Assembly (NCBI GenBank): GCA_977862235.1
Contig: OZ374559.1
Location: 1,426,001 to 1,490,000, forward strand
From: Dudresnaya verticillata
Lineage: Eukaryota
Direction: 5' to 3'
Length of the DNA stretch: 64,000 nt
Shown here: piece by piece, positions 22,201 through 34,000 of the stretch
Position numbering within the stretch: the stretch's first letter is position 1
How the letters are laid out: each line of letters starts with the position of its first letter
The notes under the pieces: model-generated
Databases searched by the model: none
Told to the model about the DNA's origin: nothing
What the model saw: only the letters and a program-made list of their open reading frames with translations
Translations under genes and position numbers: made by a program

Positions 22201-25200
22201 TTAGAGTCGTAATCTTCATCCGAATCTGCCTCGTCGTGCCCATATTCCAACAGGCTTGGAGCACCCGGGAATTTGGACTCGTTGAATGTGACATGCCGCG
22301 ACTCAACCACACGAGGTATACCGTCACCGCCAGTGACCAATATCCTGTAGATCCCATGCTCTAGAGTCTCCAAGTGCACCCCCTCAAGTGCACGAGACTC
22401 GAACTTGGATCCGCGTGGGAGCCTTAGGACATATGCAGCACATCCAAACACTCTTAAATGTTTTAAATCAGGAACATCACCTGTCATGACCGAGTATGGC
22501 GTAGCCCCAACGGTTGAGTGTGGTACCCGATTGCGCACGTAGTTGACATGCTTCAGTGCAAACGGCCACAAACATCCCGGTAGATCAGCCTGGATCAGCA
22601 AAGTCAGGGCAGCTTCCACCATGGTTCGGTTCACCCTTTCCGCGATTCCATTGAGCTCCGGAGTATAAGGTGGGGAGAAGGATTTGCCACTGTCTCCAAC
22701 TCCTCCCAAATCTTTCTGCAAAGCCAAATACTCCTGAGCCCCGTCTGAGTGGAGTTTTGTTATTTCTGCTCCTCCAAGCTCGATAAACTTTGCTGAAGCT
22801 TGATCAAATGCTGCACTCAACATACGGCGACTTCTCATACATGCGACGACGAAGAAACGGAATTTATCATCCAGAAACGTCGTGGCATACCGGAAACGAT
22901 CGGGAAAGGAGATCTGGATTGGACCGACAATGTCGGAATGCACGAGATCACCGACAGCTTTGGCCGGGCGGAAGTGCCCTGGGAATGATTGTTTGTGTGC
23001 TTTCCCAAGTCTACAAGCCCGACACACTTCATGAGTGGAGCCCAACTCCGGAACACCCTCAACATGCTCGTGCACTTTGGCCAAGTCCCGAAAATTAATG
23101 TGGGCAAGACGTCGATGCCAGAGCTCAGTAGTTTGCTGCGTGCTGGGGACAGCCAGTACTTGCTCCTCCGAAGTGTGCGGCTCGGGTTCTGGTAGCATGT
23201 ACATTCCAGAACTCGCATCGCGAACACCGGATCCAATATAGTACCCATCAGAGTCGAGTACCAAGCGCACGTCCAAGCGGCGAAAGTGGGATTCAATTCC
23301 TTTATCTGCCAAACGCCCAGTAGAGACAAGATTGTATCCCATCTGCGGGATGAAGAGGGCCTTCTTGAGCCGAATATTGGCATGCTCAAACGGCAGAACC
23401 ACATCTCCACATAGGTCTGAGGTGACAGACGACTTGTCCGCAAGCACTACAGTACGCTTTTCGCAGCGCGATACTGAGCTCGGTACAAAAGAAGTCATTG
23501 AGTGGAAGCAATGCACAGTTGCTCCACTGTCGGCATACGTCCCTTGGTCGTTCGGAGGAACAACAGTAGTCATCTCAACCGATGCACCGGCGATTTCTAC
23601 CTTTGCAGATTTACCATTGTTCTTACCAGATGCAGCTACCGCCGAGTTGGCGTTGCCCTTTTTGCCCTGGTTGGTGAACATCTGTCGCACCTTTGGAGGA
23701 AGCTTGTTGTTAGGATTTTCCGGATTTAGATAGCATCGATCCGCGGTGTGTCCATCCTTGTCGCAAACATCACAGTGAAGGTGCCGGTTCGGGGTGGAGT
23801 GAGCCTGCTTGGCGGACTTGAGTGCAACCGCCAACGCACGGACGGTGGATTCAATATCAGAAGAGTCATCGGAGTCGTCGTTGTCATCCAGCGTGGTTTG
23901 TTGCTGTCGAGAACCTGACGACGCGGACTTCTTTTTCTTCTTCCGACGACTCTTCGACTTACTGGATCTCCCACCTGCGTTTGATCCATGAGAATCTTTG
24001 GCGTTGTACTCATCGATCAGCGTGGTTGCGACGTAGTCCCAAGTCAGCTCAGCAGCATCTTTGGTGCGAAGAGCGGCAGCTGTTGACTCCAGGTTGCAGG
24101 ACGGATCAATGGAAGCAAGCAGCATAGGTGCCTTATGCGTCTCCGGTATCGCCGAGTCGTTGCCCATGCGTTCCAGTTGGGCGAACAGTGACGTGTACTG
24201 GTCAACATAGTTGGACATATTCTGGCCGGTGTACGTCATACGGAATAGCTTGGTCTGTACGGCGATACGGGATACAGTTCGACTGGACGCATAACGCGAG
24301 TCCAATAGCTCCAGCATGCGTTTGGGATCATCATCAACCTCCATAACGACACGAAGCGGAGCATCACCAAGTGCGGAGATGATGATCCCGCAAGCCTTCT
24401 CACGTTTGGCCAAGGTTCTGGCGTGAAGAATGGAAGTATCCGCTGAGGCCTCTCCAGTTGACTGTGAGCTGCTCGGTGTGTCGTTTGAGGTGTGGAACAC
24501 ATTCCAAACCCCTTTGATGCGGCGTGCGGCACGAAGGCGATGACGCCAGAGACTGTAGTCGTCACCTCTCCTGCCGTGGAAACGGGGTATCTTGACCCCG
24601 CTCGACGTATCCATCTCGGCTTCGGTATCAATCATAGCTGTTGGGACTGATGGTGAGAAGAGATAACTTGAATAGTTTTAGAAAACTTGAACTTGGGGCA
24701 GTGCTGTTAGTGCAACAGTATCGATGCCCAGAGGGTAATAGTCGTGTGAAGCAGAGCAGTGCAGCTCACACAACGAAGACGTGACGACGAAACTGAGAAA
24801 TGTGTCGAACACGTCGGTAATATAATACAGTCACAAGCGGAGCACACTTTGCCAAGTAGCTCCCACGCTTGGAGTAATGAAACTCTCAGGTGATGATGGG
24901 ATCACCTGGACTGAAGAAGAAAAGTTGAAACTTGAAGTTGAAAAGTTGATTCTTGATAGTTGAACGTCTTTTTGACGCGGGATGTTCTGGCACCAGGTTC
25001 TACCTAGTCACCCCTAGGAGTCGGACTCCTGGCCCCCGGATATGATTCTCCGGGTGAAATGCGTCTTTCAGCAGCCCTTTCGTGTCGTGCGCACACAGAC
25101 ACGAAGTATGCAATCCTTACGAGACGTCCACCTTATGGGTACTAACTCAAAACGAGTGTTCACCACACGAACAGGTCCAGTCTCTTGCAGGAATGGAACT

Positions 25201-26446
25201 AGGCCCAACCGTGTCAAGGTTCTGGATCTTACTGGAGGCTGCTCCCCTAGGCCAACGAGGTCCTGACTTAACGAGAGTCACCACGCACAACACTCAACCT
25301 CTCAGCAAGCTCACGGACCAAGACAACAGCGGACGAGAGCCTCGAGAACTCTCTCACAAAATCAGAGACACAAGCCGACACAGTGGGATAGGGACCACTT
25401 TCAACAGACAACAAGCAGACAGGACAGGACACAAGCCGACGGGACAGGACACAAGCAGACAGGACAGGCCAGGACGGGACAGGACAGTATCAAGAATGAA
25501 AAGAAAAAGGAAGAAGGTTGCAGCGAAGCGATGAAGTCTGCGTAGGTCGACCTTCTGGGCCCATAACCTGAAAAGGAATATGGAGAGGTTGGAGTTGAAC
25601 AAGATGAGAAATGGAAGTCGCTTGACTTCGTTTACTGCAGTCGACCATCCGACATGGCTTATATCAGCTTTTCGGATGAGTTGCTGCGTGAACACAAACA
25701 AAACAAATCATTAAAGAAACGCCCAAAATCCCTATCATCAAATGGGCGGGAAAAAGTAAAGCAATTAAATCTACCAAATCATGCTCTCAGCACACTCACA
25801 TCCGCCACCAGAATGGGCGGGAACTTGCACACCAGTGTTGCTAACTGCTGACATCAGCAATCCCTCTTGCGACCGCATTTCCTGCCATCCATATGTACTC
25901 CAACTTTGGGCGGGAACGTGAAAGTATCGAGTGTCCCCGCATGGCTGCTGTCGGACAACACTGCACACCACGTGGCCGCACTTACCAGCTCAAGTCCGTC
26001 CATGAATATCCAACTTGGATCATTGACCACGTAATCACCCAGATTTGCCTACGTGGCAGCTGTAAACCAACGTGTCGGCCGCACGACAGCTACGTGATAA
26101 CTGTAAACCAACGTGTCGGCCGCACGACAGCTACGTGGCAACTGTAAACCAACGTGTCGGCCGCACGACAACTGCATCTGCTGATATCACAAGCCAGGCT
26201 CCACGTAGCGCAAGTCCCTGCAGTACCAACTCGGACGCCATCAGCACATTGCATGGCAGGTTCATGTGTACTTGTGGAGTACAGTGCGAGTCATACCAAC
26301 ACCATTCCATGCCATACCACGTGCATCCATGTGGTCCAATCAGATCGTTCCACTTGGCCGTTCCTGTTATAACCGCCAATTCCAGCACAACACTTGTAAG
26401 CCATATAGACCATGGAGGCGGTTTGTAACAACCAATCAGAAGCCCG
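19300..26446 (-). mobile_element. Copia copy C: 3' LTR 19300-20318, internal domain, PBS, 5' LTR 25569-26446 truncated
   Basis: Near-identical to copy A; left flank CGACA; LTR similarity stops after AGAAGCCCG. Confidence 0.95.
20313..24635 (-). pseudogene. gag-pol: Copia gag-pol with a single premature stop (GAA>TAA at 22080-22082) between integrase and RT
   Basis: ORFs 22080-24635 (851 aa) and 20313-22013 (566 aa) are in the same frame and match the intact copies. Confidence 0.93.
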
Positions 26447-28098
26447 GTGCGAGCTCACGAGATGATTGCCCAGAATGCGGACACAAATACGCCTGCCACA
26501 ACACACTGCCTCACAAACGCCCTTACCCTCGCCGCGACGACTCCCGTTCCGCGAATCCATCACTCACGGTATCCTCCTCCACTCCCCTTCCTCTCCGCTG
26601 CTTAATACCGCCGTTGTGTTTGCCTGTTTGCTTACCGTCCTACGTTCGCTTCTGACACGAAAATTCTCGCTTGCCTTGAAAACCATAATTCAGCCTGCCA
26701 TCATTCAGCCTGTCATCATGGTCGTCATGGTATTATTGTTCCCAACCCCTTCCTGAACCGAAAACGTTTAAATGCGAGCCGTGATCGTCGTGTTAGTCAA
26801 CCGCACGTCTCTCAGATGCTCCCACAGCCCTCGCTTGCTATTCATATTCATCATTCCGTTATCGTGTCCAGAACTCAATGGCATTCTACAAGCGGTACGC
26901 AGGTCACCTCTAGCCATTCAAGCGCTCTGGACTGCCGCATGAAAGACGTCCGCATCAAGGAAGAGTACACTTGCTGTACAAGGGGCACGTTTCGCCGGCG
27001 TTGGATAGTGTGCTCGTGTCCAAGAGTTGTAGCAGTTGATGATGCTGGGTTCATAGGAGGTGCTATTTCGGAACCCTTCTCGGAAGCTTTTGGTCTTGAG
27101 AACGATATGTTTGGTAGTGATTTTATGCTCAGTACTGCTTGTGTCCCAGTTGCAATCCTTATTGATGTGCTTGACGTATGGGCACCAGCCAAACTTCTGT
27201 CATCCCGTGACTTTCGCTTAAGCGCACTAATTCGTTGCTGCACTCCGTGAAGAGCTTTCCGCATTGCATGACGAAAGCCATATCCCTGTAGTCTTTATTA
27301 CTACTACACGTAATCAACAAGGTGTATGCCCGAGTGTATTTGGTTGCAAGCGTACATCGGCAGTGATCAGTTTGCATGCACTTGCATTCATCGAGAGGAG
27401 GAAACTGTCCCTCCACTGGCTCTCAAATATCTTTAGCAACAAGAGCCATGCTGATTTGAGACGTATGGCAGAAAGGATTGCCGTCGTTAGACCTGGGTTC
27501 ATGTATGGCGACATGACAAGTTTGTTCTCTACACTGGAACGAGCCTGGTGAAGACCAACGATCAATTCTTAAGAGAGGAATTCCTCGCTCGAACCGCATG
27601 ACCTTCTTTCTGCTCCGTAGTTTCGGGACTCCTTGAAAATGACAAAGGCAGCCTTGCGGTCGGCCGTGAAAGGAACCCCAGCCGACGAGATTTTTGATCC
27701 TGAGTCTATCAAGGCCTTTCATGGCTTGGATTCGCCAATCAAGCGATTTCAGGAATGTCTGACAACAGTGCTTCGGGCTCGGAGTGGCCCCCCTTCGACT
27801 GATAGCAGCCAGGAAGCATTGCAAACGCTAGGGATATGGAAGTGTTTAATCTGTTATGGTGCAACAGGATCTGGAAAGTCCGCAATCGCGCGACTGGCGT
27901 CGCAGACAGTTACCCATGGGAACATAAACAATCCATGCGTTGAAGGCACATCTATTACAAGCTGCATTGTCGGAGATGGTGAGATACGGCTATCAGAACT
28001 GTTCGCTACAGCGAGGGCCATACTCTAAACAGTCGTCGTCATTGAGAATGTCGATTTTCTCTCTCCGAGTCGTGGTCGTGCATCTGTAGGTTGCAATG
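26447..28098 (+). pseudogene. Fragment of a host double-AAA+ ATPase (CDC48/AFG2/PEX-like), degenerate, cut by Copia D
   Basis: D1 remnants (AILIDVLDVWAP; FITTTRN; PGFMYGDM lid); D2 FHGLD..., Walker A YGATGSGKS, SCIVGDGEIRLSELFATAR, Walker B region VVVIENVD after a stop. Confidence 0.7.
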
Positions 28099-31000
28099 TG
28101 TTGAGGACATGGTCGCTGGCGCCTCACGTCACGGGTCAGGCACCCCAGATGGCACCCTGGCACGCTGTCACCAAACCTTCCGGAGACGACAGCCCTTTTT
28201 CCGGGCTTCCAAAATCACGGCGCATTTAGGCCTTTTGCAAAAGCAACGTGAAACGGGCTTCTGATTGGTTGTTACAAACCGCCTCCATGGTCTATATGGC
28301 TTACAAGTGTTGTGCTGGAATTGGCGGTTATAACAGGAACGGCCAAGTGGAACGATCTGATTGGACCACATGGATGCACGTGGTATGGCATGGAATGGTA
28401 CTGGTATGACGCGCACTGTACTCCACAAGTACATATGAACGTGCCATGCAATGTGCTGATGGCGTCTGAGTTGGTACTGCAGGGACTTGCGCTACGTGGA
28501 GCCTGGCTTGTGATATCAGCAGATGCAGTTTTCGTGCGTGTATCAGCAGATGCAGTTGTCGTGCGGCCGACACGTTGGTTTACAGTTGCCACGTAGCTGT
28601 CGTGCGGCCGACACGTTGGTTTACAGCTGCCACGTAGGCAAATCTGGGTGATTACGTGGTCAATGATCCAAGTTGGATATTCATGGACGGACTTCAGCTC
28701 GTAAGTGCGGCCACGTGGTGTGCAGTGTTGTCCGACAGCAGCCATGCGGGGACACTCGATACTTTCACGTTCCCGCCCAAAGTTGGAGTACATATGGATG
28801 GCAGGAAATGCGGTCGCAAGAGGGATTGCTGATGTCAGCAGTTAGCAACACTGGTGTGCAAGTTCCCGCCCATTCTGGTGGCGGATGTGAGTGTGCTGAG
28901 AGTATGATTTGGTAGATTTAATTGCTTTACTTTTTCCCGCCCATTTGATGATAGGGATTTTGGGCGTTTCTTTAATGATTTGTTTTGTTTGTGTTCACGC
29001 AGCAACTCATCCGAAAAGCTGATATAAGCCATGTCGGATGGTCGACTGCAGTAAACGAAGTCAAGCGACTTCCATTTCTCATCTTGTTCAACTCCAACCT
29101 CTCCATATTCCTTTTCAGGTTATGGGCCCAGAAGGTCGACCTACGCAGACTTCATCGCTTCGCTGCAACCTTCTTCCTTTTTCTTTTCATTCTTGATACT
29201 GTCCTGTCCCGTCCTGGCCTGTCCTGTCTGCTTGTGTCCTGTCCCGTCGGCTTGTGTCCTGTCCTGTCTGCTTGTTGTCTGTTGAAAGTGGTCCCTATCC
29301 CACTGTGTCGGCTTGTGTCTCTGATTTTGTGAGAGAGTTCTCGAGGCTCTCGTCCGCTGTTGTCTTGGTCCGTGAGCTTGCTGAGAGGTTGAGTGTTGTG
29401 CGTGGTGACTCTCGTTAAGTCAGGACCTCGTTGGCCTAGGGGAGCAGCCTCCAGTAAGATCCAGAACCTTGACACGGTTGGGCCTAGTTCCATTCCTGTA
29501 AGAGACTGGACCTGTTCGTGTGGTGAACACTCGTTTTGAGTTAGTACCCATAAGGTGGACGTCTCGTAAGGATTGCATACTTCGTGTCTGTGTGCGCACG
29601 ACACGAAAGGGCTGCTGAAAGACGCATTTCACCCGGAGAATCATATCCGGGGGCCAGGAGTCCGACTCCTAGGGGTGACTAGGTAGAACCTGGTGCCAGA
29701 ACATCCCGCGTCAAAAAGACGTTCAACTATCAAGAATCAACTTTTCAACTTCAAGTTTCAACTTTTCTTCTTCAGTCCAGGTGATCCCATCATCACCTGA
29801 GAGTTTCATTACTCCAAGCGTGGGAGCTACTTGGCAAAGTGTGCTCCGCTTGTGACTGTATTATATTACCGACGTGTTCGACACATTTCTCAGTTTCGTC
29901 GTCACGTCTTCGTTGTGTGAGCTGCACTGCTCTGCTTAACACGACTATTACCCTCTGGGCATCGACACTGTTGCACTAACAGCACTGCCCCAAGTTTACC
30001 AAGTTTTCTAAAACTATTCAAGTTATCTCTTCTCACCACCAGTCGCAACAGCGATGACTGATACCGAAGCCGAGATGGATACTTCGAGCGGGGTCAAGAT
30101 ACCCCGTTTCCACGGCAGGAGAGGTGACGACTACAGTCTCTGGCGTCATCGCCTTCGTGCCGCATGCCGCATCAAAGGGGTTTGGAATGTTGTCCACACC
30201 TCAAACGACACACCGAGCAGCTCACAGTCAACTGGAGAGGCCTCAGCGGATACTTCCATTCTTCACGCCAGAACCTTGGCCAAACGTGAGAAGGCTTGCG
30301 GGATCATTATCTCCGCACTTGGTGATGCTCCGCTTCGTGTCGTTATGGAGGTTGATGATGACCCCAAACGCATGCTGGAGCTATTGGACTCGCGCTATGC
30401 GTCCAGTCGAACCGTATCCCGTATCGCCGTACAGACCAAGCTATTCCGTATGACGTACACCGGCCAGAATATGTCCAACTATGTTGACCAGTACACGTCA
30501 CTGTTCGCCCAACTGGAACGCATGGGCAACGACTCGGCGATACCGGAGACGCATAAGGCACCTATGCTGCTTGCTTCCATTGATCCGTCCTGCCACCTGG
30601 AGCCAACAGCTGCAGCTCTCCGCACCAAAGATGCTGCTGAGCTGACTTGGGACTACGTCGCAACCACGCTGATCGATGAGTACAACGCCAAAGATTCTCA
30701 TGGATCAAACGCAGGTGGGAGATCCAGTAAGTCGAAGAGTCGTCGGAAGAAGAAAAAGAAGTCCGCGTCGTCACGTTCTCGCCAGCAACACAACACGCTG
30801 GATGACAACGACGACTCCGATGACTCTTCTGATATTGAATCCACCGTCCGTGCGTTGGCGGTTGCACTCAAGTCCGCCAAGCAGGCTCACTCCACCCCGA
30901 ACCGGCACCTTCACTGTGATGTTTGCGACAAGGATGGACACACCGCGGATCGATGCTATCTCAATCCGGAAAATCCTAACAACAAGCTTCCTCCAAAGGT

Positions 31001-34000
31001 GCGACAGATGTTCACCAACCAGGGCAAAAAGGGCAACGCCAACTCGGCGGTAGCTGCATCTGGTAAGAATAATGGTAAATCTGCAAAGGTAGAAATCGCC
31101 GGTGCATCGGTTGAGATGACTACTGTTGTTCCTCCGAACGACCAAGGAACGTATGCCGACAGTGGAGCAACTGTGCATTGCTTCCACTCAATGACTTCTT
31201 TTGTACCGAGCTCAGTATCGCGCTGCGAAAAGCGTACTGTAGTGCTTGCGGACAAGTCGTCTGTCACCTCAGACCTATGTGGAGATGTGATTCTGCCGTT
31301 TGAGCATGCCAATATTCGGCTCAAGAAGGCCCTCTTCATCCCGCAGATGGGATACAATCTTGTCTCTACTGGGCGTTTGGCAGATAAAGGAATTGAATCC
31401 CACTTTCGCCGCTTGGACGTGCGCTTGGTACTCGACTCTAATGGGTACTATATTGGATCCGGTGTTCGCGATGCGAGTTCTGGAATGTACATGCTACCAG
31501 AACCCGAGCTGCACACTTCGGAGGAGCAAGTACTGGCTGTCCCCAGCACGCAGCAAACTACTGAGCTCTGGCATCGACGTCTTGCCCACATTAATTTTCG
31601 GGACTTGGCCAAAGTGCACGAGCATGTTGAGGGTGTTCCGGAGTTGGGCTCCACTCATGAAGTGTGTCGGGCTTGTAGACTTGGGAAAGCACACAAACAA
31701 TCATTCCCAGGACACTTCCGCCCGGCCAAAGCTGTCGGTGATCTCGTGCATTCCGACATTGTGGGTCCAATCCAGATCTCCTTTCCCGATCGTTTCCGGT
31801 ATGCCACGACGTTTCTGGATGATAAATCCCGTTTCTTGGTCGTCGCATGTATGAGAAGTCGCCGTATGTTGAGTGCAGCATTTGATCAAGCTTCAGCAAA
31901 GTTTATCGAGCTTGGAGGAGCGGAAATAACAAAACTCCACTCAGACGGGGCTCAGGAGTATTTGGCTTTGCAGAAAGATTTGGGAGGAGTTGGAGACAGT
32001 GGCAAATCCTTCTCCCCACCTTATACTCCGGAGCTCAATGGAATCGCGGAAAGGGTGAACCGAACCATGGTGGAAGCTGCCCTGACTTTGCTGATCCAGG
32101 CTGATCTACCGGGATGTTTGTGGCCGTTTGCACTGAAGCATGTCAACTACGTGCGCAATCGGGTACCACACTCAACCGTTGGGGCTACGCCATACTCGGT
32201 CATGACAGGTGTTGTTCCTGATTTAAAACATTTAAGAGTGTTTGGATGTGCTGCATATGTCCTAAGGCTCCCACGCGGATCCAAGTTCGAGTCTCGTGCA
32301 CTTGAGGGGGTGCACTTGGAGACTCTAGAGCATGGGATCTACAGGATATTGGTCACTGGCGGTGACGGTATACCTCGTGTGGTTGAGTCGCGGCATGTCA
32401 CATTCGACGAGTCCAAATTCCCGGGTGCTCCAAGCCTGTTGGAATATGGGCAGGACGAGGCAGATTCGGATGAAGATTACGCCTCTAACTCAGAGGCCTC
32501 TATTTTCAACTCGGACTCTGATGACGATGTGTCGCTGGGTAACTTTGAGGATGAAGAGGATGCGATTGAAGTTGACACACCTTCTTCACCTCCACTACCT
32601 CCATCAGAACCCAGCTCATTCGAATCTGATGACACGGCTGAGGAAGAAAACGTCTCTGACAGTCCTCCGGCTGGTGTGAGTTCAGATCCAGAACGCCAGC
32701 AACAGAGTCGATATCCTCGTCGCCAACGTCGCCAGACGTCGAAATGGTTTATGGCAAGCTCTGCACAAGCTGAACAACAGGTTGCCCTCACAACGGGAGA
32801 TGAGCCCACTCTTCGAGAGGCCATGTCTGCCACTCCGGAGGAGCGCGGGTTGTGGCAATCTGCCATTGATGATGAGTTCGCATCCTTGGAATCCAAAGGC
32901 ACTTGGGTCCGTGATGACAGTCCCGGTGCACAGCCGCTTCCAACGCACGCCGTGCTGAAAGTTAAACGCAAGTCCGACGGGACGGTCGAGCGCTTCAAAG
33001 CGCGGGTCGTCGCTGGTGGAAACTTCCAGACGTATGGTGAAGACTACATGGAAACATACGCCCCAGTTGTGTCGTTCTCGCTGGTGCGCATGTTCCTATA
33101 CTTGGTACTGTGTTTGAACCTGTTTGTTGCACAGCTAGACGTGAAGACGGCTTTCCTGAATGGTGATCTGGCAGAACACGTGTGGGTACTGTCACCGCGT
33201 GGGATTCCTGGAAGGGAATCTCTCTGTTACAAACTTCTGAAGGCTATGTATGGGCTAAAACAGGCTCACCTAGCTTGGCACACCAAGCTGTGTGGTGACC
33301 TTGCTAGGATGATGTTTGAGGAATTGCCAAGTGCACCTTGCGTGTTTCGTCGCAAATCCAAGTCTTCTGGATACGCATACATCTTGGTGTACGTTGATGA
33401 CTTGCTCATCCTCGCGCCCAGAAAGGCGGAGAGAGACGCCATTGTTAAGGAACTGCAGGGCCTCTACGATCTACGGCTGTCTGAAGGGGTTGACCTCTTC
33501 CTCGGAGTCGAGCTTGGATGGAAGCTAGACTCTGATGGCAGATTTGTGTCCCTCAAGATGACTCAACAGGTCTACACGGAAAGTGTTCTTCGTCGATTTG
33601 GACTTCAGAACTCTAAGCCGGCTTGTACGCCGATGGTTGAGTCTTTCTTCACTGGACTTGCCGCCGAAGAGGACAAGGCCGTCGTGTCGGTTGAGACGTA
33701 CCAGCAGATGATCGGGTCACTTCTGTACTTGGGGCTTCGCACAAGGCTGGACATTTTGGCCTCTGTGCTTATCCTCGCACGGTTCCAGAAGGCTCCAACT
33801 GCGTACTGTCACCGTGGTGTAAAGAGGGTTCTGCGATATCTTCGAGGCACTCACAAGCATGGAGTTACGTACCAGTCCGGAACCACTCGTATCCAAGCTT
33901 ATGTGGACGCTGACTATGCCGGTGACACCACAGACCGAAAATCTATGTCTGGTTACATGGTGAAACTGGGAGATGCAGTGTGTATTTGGGGATCCAAGAA

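Noticed and set aside
28985..29332. Hydrophobic Cys/Leu-rich sense ORF across LTR-PBS-leader as an env-like membrane protein
   Set aside because: No ATG start, composition explained by the pyrimidine-rich A-free tract, wrong position for env, and the substitution pattern fits the antisense frame better
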